Assembly: GCA_051251855.1 (NCBI GenBank) | Contig: JBPOGI010000002.1 | Location: 544,001-608,000, forward strand | Direction of reading: 5' to 3' | Origin: Roseibacillus sp. | GTDB lineage: Bacteria; Verrucomicrobiota; Verrucomicrobiia; Verrucomicrobiales; Akkermansiaceae | Length of the DNA stretch: 64,000 nt | Part shown: positions 1 through 9,248 of the stretch, one piece after another | Position numbering within the stretch: position 1 is the first letter of the stretch | Layout: every line of letters starts with the position of its first letter | The notes under the pieces: generated by a model | Told to the model about the DNA's origin: nothing | Database searches by the model: none | The model's input: only the letters and a program-made list of their open reading frames with translations | Program-made: the position numbers and the translations under genes

Positions 1-1752
1 TTGGCCAATCGTTATGCCAGCTCGGTTAATTTTACCACTACCCTGGCTTCTTTGGAGTTGAGAATGGAGAGTCTAGGTCTGGACTCCGGTATTACGACAA
101 CGGTGGGAAATTCTCCTGCCGCTATCGGCAATCGCGTCGCCGCGAGTGTCTTGCAGGCTGCTGCGTCAGATCGTTGGGATGATTTGGAGACCTTCGCGGG
201 TGGAGTTTATTCTCCGGCCAATATACCTCTTCAAGTGAATCAACCTGATCTTGGAATCATCATGGCTGATAAGAATCGCTGGCAGCCTCTCAGGTTTATC
301 TTAGCTTTTTCACAGAATGGAGAAGTGAGCACTCCTCTCCAAAGTTTCTTAGGAGCTAATTGGGGAGGGGTAAGAAATTTTTCACTAGGAATACGGGAAC
401 CTGGAGCGCTTCTCTATTTGGACCCAGGTGCTCCTCCTTATCTTGGCGGTTCTACTGATGCTTTGTTTAAAGAGGGGACTCTGAACGTTATTCGGGCAAG
501 CCGAGACCTTCATGTGGATAGTTTGGCCCAGATCAATACTTCTCCTGGAGCGATGGGGAATAATTCTTTAGGTCAGAACGATGGTTCAGGTTATCCGATG
601 AATCCGGAGACAGGGCAGCCTTATTCGGATAGTCTTGTTCCCTTGGGTGACTTTGGAAGAGTCCTTGCGGAATTTTGGGCAGACGGACCTGATTCCGAGA
701 CTCCTCCAGGGCATTGGAATACCTTAGCGAATAGGATCAATGATAGTCCTAATTTCAGCAGGAAATTTGAGGGCGAAGGAGCGGAGCTTGATTCGTTAGA
801 GTGGGATGTGAAGCTTTACTTGGCGCTCAATGGTGCACTACATGATGCTGCTATCGTCGCTTGGGGAACGAAGCGGGTCTATGACTATGTTCGCCCGATT
901 AGTGCTATCCGTTATATGGCGTCGCAAGGGCAGTCAACGAATCCTGATGGAGCTTCTTATGATCCCGATGGACTTCCTTTAGAGGCAGGTTTGGTGGAGA
1001 TGATCACTGCGGCAACGGCGGCCCCTGGGGAGAAGCATGAGCACTTGGCCTCTGCTGTCGGAGAAGTTGCCATCTTTGCGTGGAGCGCCGCAAATGAAGA
1101 TGTTGTCGATGGTGTGGGCGAAGTTGGCTGGGTGAGAGCGAAGGAGTGGATCCCTTACCAAGCCGCCACGTTCGTGACTCCTGCATTTGCGGGCTATGTC
1201 TCTGGTCATAGCGTCTTTAGTCGCTCCGCTGCGGAGGTGTTGACCCAGTTTACTGGTTCACCCTATTTTCCTGAGGGAGAAGGATCCTTTACCGCAAAAG
1301 CTAATTCTTTCTTGGGCTTTGACCGTGGTCCGTCGCAGGACGTGCATCTTCGGTGGGCAACTTATTACGATGCTTCGGATCAAGCTGGTTTGTCCCGGAT
1401 TTATGGAGGTATTCACTTTCCGGTCGACGACGGTCCGGGGCGTGTTATGGGCTCTGAATGTGGGAAGCGTGCTTTTGGCCTCAGTAAGAAATATTTTGAT
1501 GGTTCGATTCGAACTGAAATTCCTGAGATTGAGATGCGAGGGCTGGCGGGGAATCTTGTGAACATACATTCAAGTTCGATACCGGGTCGGTTTTATCGTA
1601 TCGAATCATCTGATTCGCTGGAGACAGGCTCGTTTGCTCCTCTAACATCATGGTCACAGGCGGAAGAGCACAAGATAGAGTTCAGTGAGACTCTTAGCTC
1701 TTCAAGCGCTAGGCAATTCTTCCGAGTTGAACAGAGTGAGGTCGCAAATTAG
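1..1752 (+). CDS. Vanadium-dependent haloperoxidase / PAP2-superfamily secreted protein with C-terminal verrucomicrobial module (5'-partial)
   Basis: Motifs EFWADGP..TPPGHW, K..YDYVRP, TPAFAGYVSGHS and SRIYGGIHF are typical of bacterial vanadium haloperoxidase-like proteins. The ORF is open at the window start. Confidence 0.85.
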   Translation: MANRYASSVNFTTTLASLELRMESLGLDSGITTTVGNSPAAIGNRVAASVLQAAASDRWDDLETFAGGVYSPANIPLQVNQPDLGIIMADKNRWQPLRFILAFSQNGEVSTPLQSFLGANWGGVRNFSLGIREPGALLYLDPGAPPYLGGSTDALFKEGTLNVIRASRDLHVDSLAQINTSPGAMGNNSLGQNDGSGYPMNPETGQPYSDSLVPLGDFGRVLAEFWADGPDSETPPGHWNTLANRINDSPNFSRKFEGEGAELDSLEWDVKLYLALNGALHDAAIVAWGTKRVYDYVRPISAIRYMASQGQSTNPDGASYDPDGLPLEAGLVEMITAATAAPGEKHEHLASAVGEVAIFAWSAANEDVVDGVGEVGWVRAKEWIPYQAATFVTPAFAGYVSGHSVFSRSAAEVLTQFTGSPYFPEGEGSFTAKANSFLGFDRGPSQDVHLRWATYYDASDQAGLSRIYGGIHFPVDDGPGRVMGSECGKRAFGLSKKYFDGSIRTEIPEIEMRGLAGNLVNIHSSSIPGRFYRIESSDSLETGSFAPLTSWSQAEEHKIEFSETLSSSSARQFFRVEQSEVAN

Positions 1753-1792
1753 GAGTTGAGTAAAGAAAGCGCGATAATTTGAAGTGGATTTT

Positions 1793-3103
1793 CTAGGGGC
1801 GTTGGAGGTCGAGGTATTTGACTTGAGCGACTTCGTTTTTACTGACTTTTTCGCAATCGGGGCCGTAGTAGGCGGCGATTTTGAATTTGCCGCTCTTGAG
1901 GGCCTGTTCGAGGAGATCTTCGGCGGAGAGGCACATGCGGCCTGCTTGTTCGCCGAGCTCGAAGGTGATGCCGGCTTGTCCGTGCCAGCTGCGATAGACG
2001 AGGGCAGTGCAGGCGAGACGGTTGGCTTGGGAAAAGTCGAAGGCGAAGTCGTAGAGCTTACCGACATGGGTGAGAGCTCTCTCCGCTGCGCATTCGCGAA
2101 CTGACGGGCCTGCTTTTGCTCTGAGGACCAAAAAGGCGTCCACGGAGAGGGTCTCGGTGAGCGGGCGGAGTCTGACGCCGTCTTTCTTGGCCTCGACGAC
2201 TTCTCCCTGACCGTTGCCGAGCTCGCCAACGAAAAGGGCGGCATGAGGCCAGAATCCAGGAAGGAAGAGGTTGCTGAGGGCGTCGCGATGGCGCGTGACG
2301 ATGATGTCGCCGGGCTGCAAAATAAGTGATGCTACTTCACAGGGCTCACCAGCGGCACGTTTTGGGAGCTTTCGAAAGCCGGCTGTAGGATCGCGCAGCT
2401 CGGCGACGGTGCGGCCTCCAAACTCGAAGAGCTGGAACATGGTTTGCTCAAAGGTTGTGCGGCGCCGACGACGGAAGGAATGAAGGCGGTAGCGAAGACG
2501 ATGTTTCCAGTATTCACGGCGCCTCGTTTCCATAAAGGGCTCTTCGGCGGCGAGGAGGGTTACGATTTCGCCGAGCTCGGGGTCGTTGTGTAGGTCATGA
2601 ATCTCGGAGCGGTGACGATCGTAGAATTGCCAGGCTTCGTGAAATTTCCACATGCGGCGTACGGAGCTCTGGAGGCGATAGACTTCAGTGAAGGCTTTTC
2701 GAGGGATGTTAAAGCGTGGCTCGGCTTCATCAAGCTTACGGCGAACCACTTTGCGACCCTCGGCCATGCCAATCATGAACAAGCCACTTCGGACAAGAAA
2801 GCAAGCGGCCGTAAATCCGACGATAAAGACGCGCAACTGGTCGTTCCGGTTGAGCTTTTGGCCCATATCTACCCAAGGCTCCATGCGGGCGACCACTCCG
2901 CGAAGGGCCGTTCGGACTTCGAGGTATTGCGCGAAGACTTCGCGGAGGCGCTCATCCTCGTCGGGCTGATAGTAGCCCCGTTCTTGTGCTGCCTCGGCAT
3001 CGGCGATTTCTTGAAGCAGGTTGGTCCGCTTCGGCATCACGGGGACAACTGCGAGTAGGGTATCGCGGCTGCTTTCGATTTCGTGGGCGAGGATTTCGGA
3101 CAT
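1793..3103 (-). CDS. YiiX/YebB-like permuted papain (NlpC/P60) cysteine hydrolase with long N-terminal helical domain
   Basis: C-terminal LQPGDIIV..., FWPHAALF (His), VEA..DGV, GKLYDFAFDF, LACTALVY (Cys). Start placed at ATG 3103 (MSEILAHE). Confidence 0.75.
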   Translation of the reverse strand: MSEILAHEIESSRDTLLAVVPVMPKRTNLLQEIADAEAAQERGYYQPDEDERLREVFAQYLEVRTALRGVVARMEPWVDMGQKLNRNDQLRVFIVGFTAACFLVRSGLFMIGMAEGRKVVRRKLDEAEPRFNIPRKAFTEVYRLQSSVRRMWKFHEAWQFYDRHRSEIHDLHNDPELGEIVTLLAAEEPFMETRRREYWKHRLRYRLHSFRRRRRTTFEQTMFQLFEFGGRTVAELRDPTAGFRKLPKRAAGEPCEVASLILQPGDIIVTRHRDALSNLFLPGFWPHAALFVGELGNGQGEVVEAKKDGVRLRPLTETLSVDAFLVLRAKAGPSVRECAAERALTHVGKLYDFAFDFSQANRLACTALVYRSWHGQAGITFELGEQAGRMCLSAEDLLEQALKSGKFKIAAYYGPDCEKVSKNEVAQVKYLDLQRP

Positions 3104-3240
3104 CGGGCTGGGGAACCTTAAAAGAGAATTTCTGGATGCGCAGCCCAAAAAAATCCCGGCGTTGGGGGGATGTAAGAAGGAGGGGCGCTGATCACTTGTT
3201 AAATGTTCCTAACCGAATTTTAGCCCATTTCGCGTCTACC

Positions 3241-4605
3241 CTATTTGGCAAAGAGGTCGTAGCCGCGTTGGTCGGTGATGGTGACATCGGCGAATTCACC
3301 GACGGGCATTTCGAGGGGGACAAATACGCGGCCGTCGATGTCGGGGGCGTCCCACATGCTGCGGGCGATGCCTTCTTCTTCGACGAGAACTTTGGTGGTT
3401 TTGCCCACTTGCTTGTCGTTGACTGTTTGGGCAATTTTGTCGATGGCGCTGGTGAGTTCGCGATGGCGTTTCTTGATGGTCATGTGATGGACGTGACCGT
3501 CGTGCTTATAGGCACGCGTGCCTTCTTCCTTGGAGTATTGAAAAATACCGCACCGCTCGAATTGGAAGGTCTGGATGAATTCTAACAATTCATCGTGATC
3601 AGCTTGAGTTTCATTGGGGAAGCCGGTGATGAAAGTGGTGCGGATGGCGAGATCGGGGATGCCGTCACGCATGCGTTGCAGGAGGTCGCGAATGTATTGA
3701 CCGTCCGTTTTTCGGTTCATCAGCTTGAGCATGTGGTCGCTGATGTGCTGGAGAGGAATATCGACGTAGCGTGCAACTTTGGGGCACTCGGCGATGGTCT
3801 TGATGAGTTCGTCCGACCAGTGAGCAGGGTGGGTGTAAAGAATGCGAATCCAGAAATCGCCTTCGAGTTCGTTGAGGGCCCGCAAGAGGGAGGCGAGGGA
3901 GTCGCCGCGGGTAGAGTCGACGCCGGAGGTAGGGTTGGGGCGTTTGCCGTCCCAGAGGTCCATGCCGAAGTAGGTGGTGTCTTGGGAGATGAGGTTAATT
4001 TCTTTGACGCCGCTGGCGATGAGGCCTTTTGCTTCTTGTACGACCGAGTCTTGAGTGCGGGAGCGGTGTTGGCCTCGGATTTTGGGGATGATACAGAAGG
4101 AGCAGGTGTGGTTGCAGCCTTCGGCAATCTTGAGATACGCCATGTGGTTAGGCGTGAGCCGAAAGCGGGGAGTCTTGTAGTCGGGGATGTAACGTGACTT
4201 GGCGGTGACGGTGTCGATGCTGGCGGAGTCAGCATCCTTTTCGAGAGCCTGGCGGACGATGGAGGTGACGTTTTCGATTTGGTCGAGTCCTATGAAGGCA
4301 TCGACTTCGGGCATGAGGCCGGGGAGGTCTTTTTGAAAGCGTTGAGAGAGGCAGCCGGCGACGAGGATTTTTTGCTTCTGGCGAGCGGGGTCTTTCGCGC
4401 GGTCGTTGACGGCTTCGATGATGGTGCCAACGGATTCATCTTTGGCGACGTCGATGAAGGAGCAGGTGTTGATGATGAGAGCGTCGGCGAGCTCGGGATC
4501 GGGGATGAGGGTCATACCGTCATTCTGGAGATGACCCAGCATGATTTCCGAGTCGATGAGGTTCTTGGCGCAGCCGAGAGAGATGAGTCCGATTTGAGTG
4601 GGCAT
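3241..4605 (-). CDS. rimO: Ribosomal protein S12 methylthiotransferase
   Basis: SLGCAKNLIDSE, INTCSFI, radical-SAM motif EGCNHTCSFC, C-terminal DAPDIDG TRAM domain. Confidence 0.95.
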   Translation of the reverse strand: MPTQIGLISLGCAKNLIDSEIMLGHLQNDGMTLIPDPELADALIINTCSFIDVAKDESVGTIIEAVNDRAKDPARQKQKILVAGCLSQRFQKDLPGLMPEVDAFIGLDQIENVTSIVRQALEKDADSASIDTVTAKSRYIPDYKTPRFRLTPNHMAYLKIAEGCNHTCSFCIIPKIRGQHRSRTQDSVVQEAKGLIASGVKEINLISQDTTYFGMDLWDGKRPNPTSGVDSTRGDSLASLLRALNELEGDFWIRILYTHPAHWSDELIKTIAECPKVARYVDIPLQHISDHMLKLMNRKTDGQYIRDLLQRMRDGIPDLAIRTTFITGFPNETQADHDELLEFIQTFQFERCGIFQYSKEEGTRAYKHDGHVHHMTIKKRHRELTSAIDKIAQTVNDKQVGKTTKVLVEEEGIARSMWDAPDIDGRVFVPLEMPVGEFADVTITDQRGYDLFAK

Positions 4606-4626
4606 AAGAGAGGTCTGGGAGGAGTT

Positions 4627-4656
4627 TACCGCAGATGCGTGCGGATGAACGCAGAT
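4627..4656 (+). repeat. 10-bp-period tandem repeat (taccgcagat gcgtgcggat gaacgcagat)
   Basis: Three units with a GC(A/G)GAT core. Related copies at 14671 and 18395. Confidence 0.6.
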
Positions 4657-4674
4657 TTTTTAGGAAAGATCTTC

Positions 4675-4823
4675 TGGAGTGCGCGCAGTGTGCGGCCGCT
4701 TTTGGGGGGCGAAGAGGGTGTTCTTTGCCGTTCCTGGGAAGAATTCAGCTGCTGTAGGCTCGACCGCTGAAAGCCTGAGAGTAGGCTAGGTTGGCTTGGA
4801 GCAGCAAGCTGCGCATACCCCAA
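4675..4823. repeat. Degenerate REP-like inverted doublet (TGGAGTGCG...GCTGCGCATACCCCA)
   Basis: tggagtgcgcgcag... near 4675 is roughly complementary to ...gctgcgcatacccca near 4808-4822. Intergenic. Confidence 0.4.
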
Positions 4824-4827
4824 AATG

Positions 4828-4863
4828 AAAAACCGGCCAACCTTGAGAGGTTGCCGGTTTTTT
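4828..4863. terminator. Bidirectional intrinsic terminator downstream of the small lipoprotein genes
   Basis: aaaaaccgg-ccaacc...ggttg-ccggtttttt hairpin flanked by A and T runs. Confidence 0.8.
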
Positions 4864-4887
4864 GAAGAGTTCGAAGTTTGAGGCTTC

Positions 4888-5148
4888 TTAGAAGCTCTGC
4901 ATGATGCCCTTGAGAGAGCGGACGTTCCAAGCTGCATCGCGGACGTCACCGACAGTGTTGACGGCGTTACGGCGTTTCATGGACTCGGTGCGAACGTTGT
5001 CCTGCTGGATGTAGTTCTGCTTGCCTGATTGCTTGAATTCAGCGTCAGAGATGACGCCGTCACCATTGAGGTCGGCGACAGAAGCATTGTTCATGGAAGC
5101 GCAGCTCGCGAGAGCTGCAACGGGAACGAGTAGAAGTAGTTTTTTCAT
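4888..5148 (-). CDS. Small lipoprotein with EF-hand-like loop
   Basis: Signal peptide MKKLLLLVPVAALASC (lipobox). DLNGDGVISDAE matches the EF-hand Ca-binding pattern. Confidence 0.75.
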   Translation of the reverse strand: MKKLLLLVPVAALASCASMNNASVADLNGDGVISDAEFKQSGKQNYIQQDNVRTESMKRRNAVNTVGDVRDAAWNVRSLKGIMQSF

Positions 5149-5196
5149 CTTAATTCGTAGGTTGTTGTAGTTTGAGTGAGTGATAGCGGTATTTTT

Positions 5197-5403
5197 TTAC
5201 CGGAGTCCACCTCCGTAGAAGGGACCAAAGCGGGCGTCGTAGCCTTGAACTCCGGTTGGGTTAGGAGTGGGGGTGACGGGCGCTTGGCGTTCAACTTCTT
5301 CGACGTTGACGCGAGGGGTCATTTGTCCAATCCCGTTGTGGCTAGCACATGAGACCAAGCCGAGAACGGCGAGACTAGATAGAATGAGGAATGTCTTTTT
5401 CAT
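5197..5403 (-). CDS. Small lipoprotein, unknown function
   Basis: MKKTFLILSSLAVLGLVSC lipobox. Tandem with the previous lipoprotein. Confidence 0.7.
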   Translation of the reverse strand: MKKTFLILSSLAVLGLVSCASHNGIGQMTPRVNVEEVERQAPVTPTPNPTGVQGYDARFGPFYGGGLR

Positions 5404-5462
5404 TGTCACTATGAGGTTAGACACTGAAACCGGAGTTCGTCGATGGTGTTTTCGAAAAAAAC

Positions 5463-7091
5463 TTAGAATCTTCTGAGAACAGTGTCGCGCTGATAGCTTT
5501 CGCGAGGCTCTGGATAATCGAGAGTGTAGTGAATTCCGCGTGATTCTTTGCGGCGAATAGCGCAGTCAATGATGAGGGAAGCGCAGGCGACAAGGTTTCG
5601 GAGCTCGAGGATGTCGGGATTGACGCGATGTCCCCAATAGAATTCACGAACTTCTTTTTTGAGATTGCGCAGACGGGTGGAGGCGCGGCGAAGGCGGTTG
5701 TCGGTGCGGACAATAGAGACGTAGTCCTGCATAGTGCGACGGAGCTCGTCCCAGTTGTGATAAATGTTGACGAGCTCGTCGGGGGGGGCGGTGTCGCCAT
5801 ATTCCCAGTCGGGAATGTCGGGCGCGGGCAGAGTATCTTTGCCGGGGGCGTAGAGGCGGAGAATCTCGGCGAGGGCGCGGCGGGCCATGACGTTTCCTTC
5901 TAACAGGCTGTTGGAGGCAAGTCGGTTGGCGCCGTGGAGTCCGGTGCAGGCCACTTCGCCGATGGCGAAAAGTCCTCGGATGGTGGTCTTGCCTTCGATG
6001 TCGGTTTGAACGCCGCCGCATTGGTAGTGGGCCGCAGGGACAACGGGGATGGGGTCCTGAGTGGCATCGTGACCGAAGTCTAACAGGGTCTTGTGGATGA
6101 AGGGGAAGCGCTCGGAGAAGTGTTCGCCGAGTGGTCGCACATCAAGAAAGACGCAGGGGGCTCCGGTTCTTTTGAGTTCGTGGTCAATGGCGCGGGCGAC
6201 GATGTCGCGGGGAGCGAGGGAGCCACGTGGGTCGTGGTCTTTGACGAACTCGTGACCCTCGGCATTGATAAGCTTGGCGCCTTCGCCGCGGACGGCTTCG
6301 GAGACGAGGAAGGAGCGGGCTTCGGGGCCGGTGGCGCCGGGGTTGTAGAAACAGGTGGGGTGAAATTGGACGAACTCCATGTTGGCGATGGAGGCTCCAG
6401 CGCGCCAAGCCATGGCGAGTCCATCACCGGTCGCGGAGTCGGGGTTGGTGGTGTAAAGGTAAGTCTTTCCGCAACCGCCAGTAGCGAGGACGACGCGATC
6501 GGAGCGGTAAATTTTGACTTCGCCGGTTTCTTTGTTGAGAACGTAGGCACCGAGTACGCGATCTTCGGTGGCAGAGCCGAGCTTGGCGGTTGTGACGAGG
6601 TCGATGGCGAAGTGGTCTTCTAGGAGAGTGATGTTGGGCGTATTGCGGGCGGTCTCGACGAGGGACTCGGCGATTTCGCGGCCGGTGGTGTCTTTGGCGT
6701 GAAGGATGCGGCGGGCGGAGTGGCCTCCTTCTTTGCCGAGGGAGAAACGGGTGGGGTCTTGTTCGTCGCGGTCGAATTCCGTGCCCCAAGCGACGAGTTC
6801 CTCGATGGTTTCGGCAGCTTCTTCGAGGATGGTGCGGGTGGCGTCTTCGTCACAAAGGCCACCCCCAGCATCAAGGGTGTCGGCGAGGTGCTTCTCGAGG
6901 GAGTCTCCGGGTTCGCGGAGTTCGGGGGGCAATAGCGCCGAGATGCCTCCTTGGGCCCAGGCGGTGTTGGAGTTGAGGAGTTTTCCTTTCGTGATGACGG
7001 TGACGGAACCGTGCTCGGCGGCCTTGATGGCAAAGGAAAGGCCCGCAATACCGGAGCCGAGGACAAGAAAATCGGTCATGGAGTGAGACAA
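5463..7091 (-). CDS. nadB: L-aspartate oxidase
   Basis: GSGIAGL FAD motif, NTAWAQGGI, EGGHSARRILH, MEFVQFHPT, GLHGANRLASNSL, ESRGIHY. Start is TTG 7091 or ATG 7079. Confidence 0.95.
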   Translation of the reverse strand: MSHSMTDFLVLGSGIAGLSFAIKAAEHGSVTVITKGKLLNSNTAWAQGGISALLPPELREPGDSLEKHLADTLDAGGGLCDEDATRTILEEAAETIEELVAWGTEFDRDEQDPTRFSLGKEGGHSARRILHAKDTTGREIAESLVETARNTPNITLLEDHFAIDLVTTAKLGSATEDRVLGAYVLNKETGEVKIYRSDRVVLATGGCGKTYLYTTNPDSATGDGLAMAWRAGASIANMEFVQFHPTCFYNPGATGPEARSFLVSEAVRGEGAKLINAEGHEFVKDHDPRGSLAPRDIVARAIDHELKRTGAPCVFLDVRPLGEHFSERFPFIHKTLLDFGHDATQDPIPVVPAAHYQCGGVQTDIEGKTTIRGLFAIGEVACTGLHGANRLASNSLLEGNVMARRALAEILRLYAPGKDTLPAPDIPDWEYGDTAPPDELVNIYHNWDELRRTMQDYVSIVRTDNRLRRASTRLRNLKKEVREFYWGHRVNPDILELRNLVACASLIIDCAIRRKESRGIHYTLDYPEPRESYQRDTVLRRF

Positions 7092-7205
7092 GGGTCTACT
7101 TTAACCGATTTTTGAAAAAAGGAAGAGGGAAGAATTTGCGATAGGAATTGTACGATTTGCCTGAATGAGGGGGGCTTCTGTGAGCGAAAAAGTCCTCTTG
7201 CCGTC

Positions 7206-7826
7206 CTACGAGGGGGTGTCTGCGATTTCAAAGTCGCCAAAGTCGATGGAAACTTCCACGCCATTGAGTTGTGTTTGGCGATAGAACTGCCCAGTGCTCG
7301 CTGTTTCGAAGGTGAGCCGAATCTGTTCAACAGTGCCATCAGTCAGAGTGCGCAGGATGGTTGATGAGGAGTGGAATTCCTTGAAGTATCCATAGCTGAA
7401 AGTGGCTACTACGGGACCTTCGAGTTCGGTGAGATTTCCGCTGGTCGTGGTGAGGAAGTCGCTTTCTTGAAAAGTTTCATAGGAAAGTGGCTCGGGGAAG
7501 TTGAAGACAAGCTCTTTGAGGGAGAGCCGTTTGCCCAAGAGGGTGGGGGGAGCCGCTGCCTGTGGCGGAGCGGTTGTTTCAATCACGCGATGAAAGGTCT
7601 GTGGGTTGCTGAAAAAACGTGCGGACCTGTATTCCCGATCACTGCCTTCGATTGCGAAGCTGAACCAATTCTCCATGTCCGGGGAGCTTTGTAACAAGTA
7701 GAACTTACCTTCCTCCATTTGAAAGCTCAGTTCGTAGGCTGGAGCAATGGTGAGTTCGATTTCTTCATCAGCATTGACTAGATGGGAGGCCGTGAGGAGG
7801 AAGAGGAGCCAATACTTCATGTTCAT
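7206..7826 (-). CDS. Secreted hypothetical protein
   Basis: Signal peptide MNMKYWLLFLLTASHLVNA, then a GKFYLLQSSPDMENW...TFHRV module and a beta-rich C-terminal part. Confidence 0.7.
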   Translation of the reverse strand: MNMKYWLLFLLTASHLVNADEEIELTIAPAYELSFQMEEGKFYLLQSSPDMENWFSFAIEGSDREYRSARFFSNPQTFHRVIETTAPPQAAAPPTLLGKRLSLKELVFNFPEPLSYETFQESDFLTTTSGNLTELEGPVVATFSYGYFKEFHSSSTILRTLTDGTVEQIRLTFETASTGQFYRQTQLNGVEVSIDFGDFEIADTPS

Positions 7827-7971
7827 CGCTAGCTCTTTTAGCAGGAAGGGAACGGCGATGAAAGAAGTCTCAGGGGCCCTTTGGAAAGATGGCGCCGGAG
7901 CCGTGCGGGGCAATTTAGGAGAACGTCGAATTGTTTAGGAGAGCGGTGTGGAGTCTGCTGGTATTGCGGCG

Positions 7972-8970
7972 ATGAAAGTGGCTGTTTTTGATACAAAACC
8001 GTATGATCGTGAGTTCCTCGGCAAACGTGGAGTTGGCATCGACTGGGATTTTCGTGAAAGTCGGCTCCGCTCGGAAACGGCGGCATTGGCAGAGGGGTGC
8101 GAAGCGGTTTGTGTTTTTGTCAATGATCGGGTGGATGGGGATTGTTTAGCGGCTCTCGCTGAAAAGCAGGTGAGGCATGTTGCTTTGCGCTGCGCGGGAT
8201 TCAACAACGTTGATTTGGAGGCGGCGGTGAGACTTGGAATCACGGTGTCACGAGTGCCCGCCTATTCTCCTCATGCCGTGGCGGAGCATACGGTGGCTTT
8301 GTTGATGACTCTGAATCGGCGAATTCACCGAGCCTATAACCGAGTGCGTGAACACGATTTTTCGCTGGTTGGTCTGGTGGGGTTCGATTTGTTCAAAAAG
8401 ACGGTCGGGATTATTGGAGCTGGAAAAATTGGCCGAATCACGGCGGAAATCTTCCGGGGCTTCGGGTGCAAGGTGGTTGTATACGACCCTTATTTGGATG
8501 AGGGATGGGCGCAAAAAAACTTAGTAGAAGGGGTGTCCTTGAACAAGCTCTTGGCGGTGTCAGACGTGGTGTCGTTGCACTTGCCGCTGACTGAGGAGAC
8601 TTTTCACCTCATTGATGAAGCCGCGTTAGCTCGTATGAAGAAGGGGAGCTACTTACTCAATACCGGGCGGGGGAAGCTGGTGGATAGCAAAGCGCTTATT
8701 GCAGCGCTTAAAAGTAAACATCTGGGAGGAGTGGCTTTGGATGTTTATGAGGAGGAGGAAGGAATTTTCTTTGAGGACCTGTCGGATACCATTCTTGAAG
8801 ATGATCGATTGGGGCGCTTGCTCACCTTTCCGAATGTTCTGCTGACTTCGCATCAGGGATTTCTGACAACGGAGGCTCTGAGTGAGATTGCCGAAGTGAC
8901 TTGCGACAATTTCGAGCGGCTCGGGCGAGGGGAGTCTCTGATTGAGGGGACCGAAGTGACACCTTCTTGA
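7972..8970 (+). CDS. ldhA: D-lactate dehydrogenase (D-2-hydroxyacid dehydrogenase)
   Basis: MKVAVFDTKPYD, LRCAGFNNVD, RVPAYSPHAVAEH, GAGKIG, LDVYEEE, TSHQGF. Confidence 0.9.
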   Translation: MKVAVFDTKPYDREFLGKRGVGIDWDFRESRLRSETAALAEGCEAVCVFVNDRVDGDCLAALAEKQVRHVALRCAGFNNVDLEAAVRLGITVSRVPAYSPHAVAEHTVALLMTLNRRIHRAYNRVREHDFSLVGLVGFDLFKKTVGIIGAGKIGRITAEIFRGFGCKVVVYDPYLDEGWAQKNLVEGVSLNKLLAVSDVVSLHLPLTEETFHLIDEAALARMKKGSYLLNTGRGKLVDSKALIAALKSKHLGGVALDVYEEEEGIFFEDLSDTILEDDRLGRLLTFPNVLLTSHQGFLTTEALSEIAEVTCDNFERLGRGESLIEGTEVTPS

Positions 8971-9008
8971 GACTGAGAGGGGTCGGGGGACTCGCAGGTG
9001 GGCAAAGG

Positions 9009-9044
9009 AAACCCGCCGTGGAATGAACCAAGGCGGGTTATTTT
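9009..9044. terminator. Hairpin terminator between convergent ldhA and tRNA-Lys
   Basis: aacccgcc...ggcgggtt followed by atttt. Confidence 0.65.
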
Positions 9045-9049
9045 GGAAG

Positions 9050-9122
9050 TACGTGGACTGGGATTCGAACCCAGGACCAATTGGTTAAAAGCCAACTGCT
9101 CTACCAACTGAGCTACCCACGC
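9050..9122 (-). tRNA. tRNA-Lys (anticodon TTT), CCA not encoded
   Basis: GCGTGGGTAGCTCAGTTGGTAGAGCAGTTGGCTTTTAACCAATTGGTCCTGGGTTCGAATCCCAGTCCACGTA folds as a 73-nt cloverleaf. Confidence 0.97.
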
Positions 9123-9163
9123 ATGTTGGTTGTTTTTTTCCCGTCCGGTGAGGGGCGGGCGGG

Positions 9164-9193
9164 AGCCTTAAAGTCTGTCAGGGAACGATGCAA
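9164..9193 (-). promoter_or_regulatory. Putative sigma70 promoter of tRNA-Lys with GC-rich discriminator
   Basis: TTGCAT-N17-TAAGGC(T) followed by cccgcccgcccc. Confidence 0.45.
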
Positions 9194-9248
9194 GGGAATT
9201 TTGAAGCGATTTCTTGGAAATTTCGACATTCTTACACTTGGCCGCTGT

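Noticed and set aside
8971..9122. Integrated element at tRNA-Lys (also considered for tRNA-Leu at 43850)
   Set aside because: No integrase and no duplicated tRNA 3' end seen in the window.
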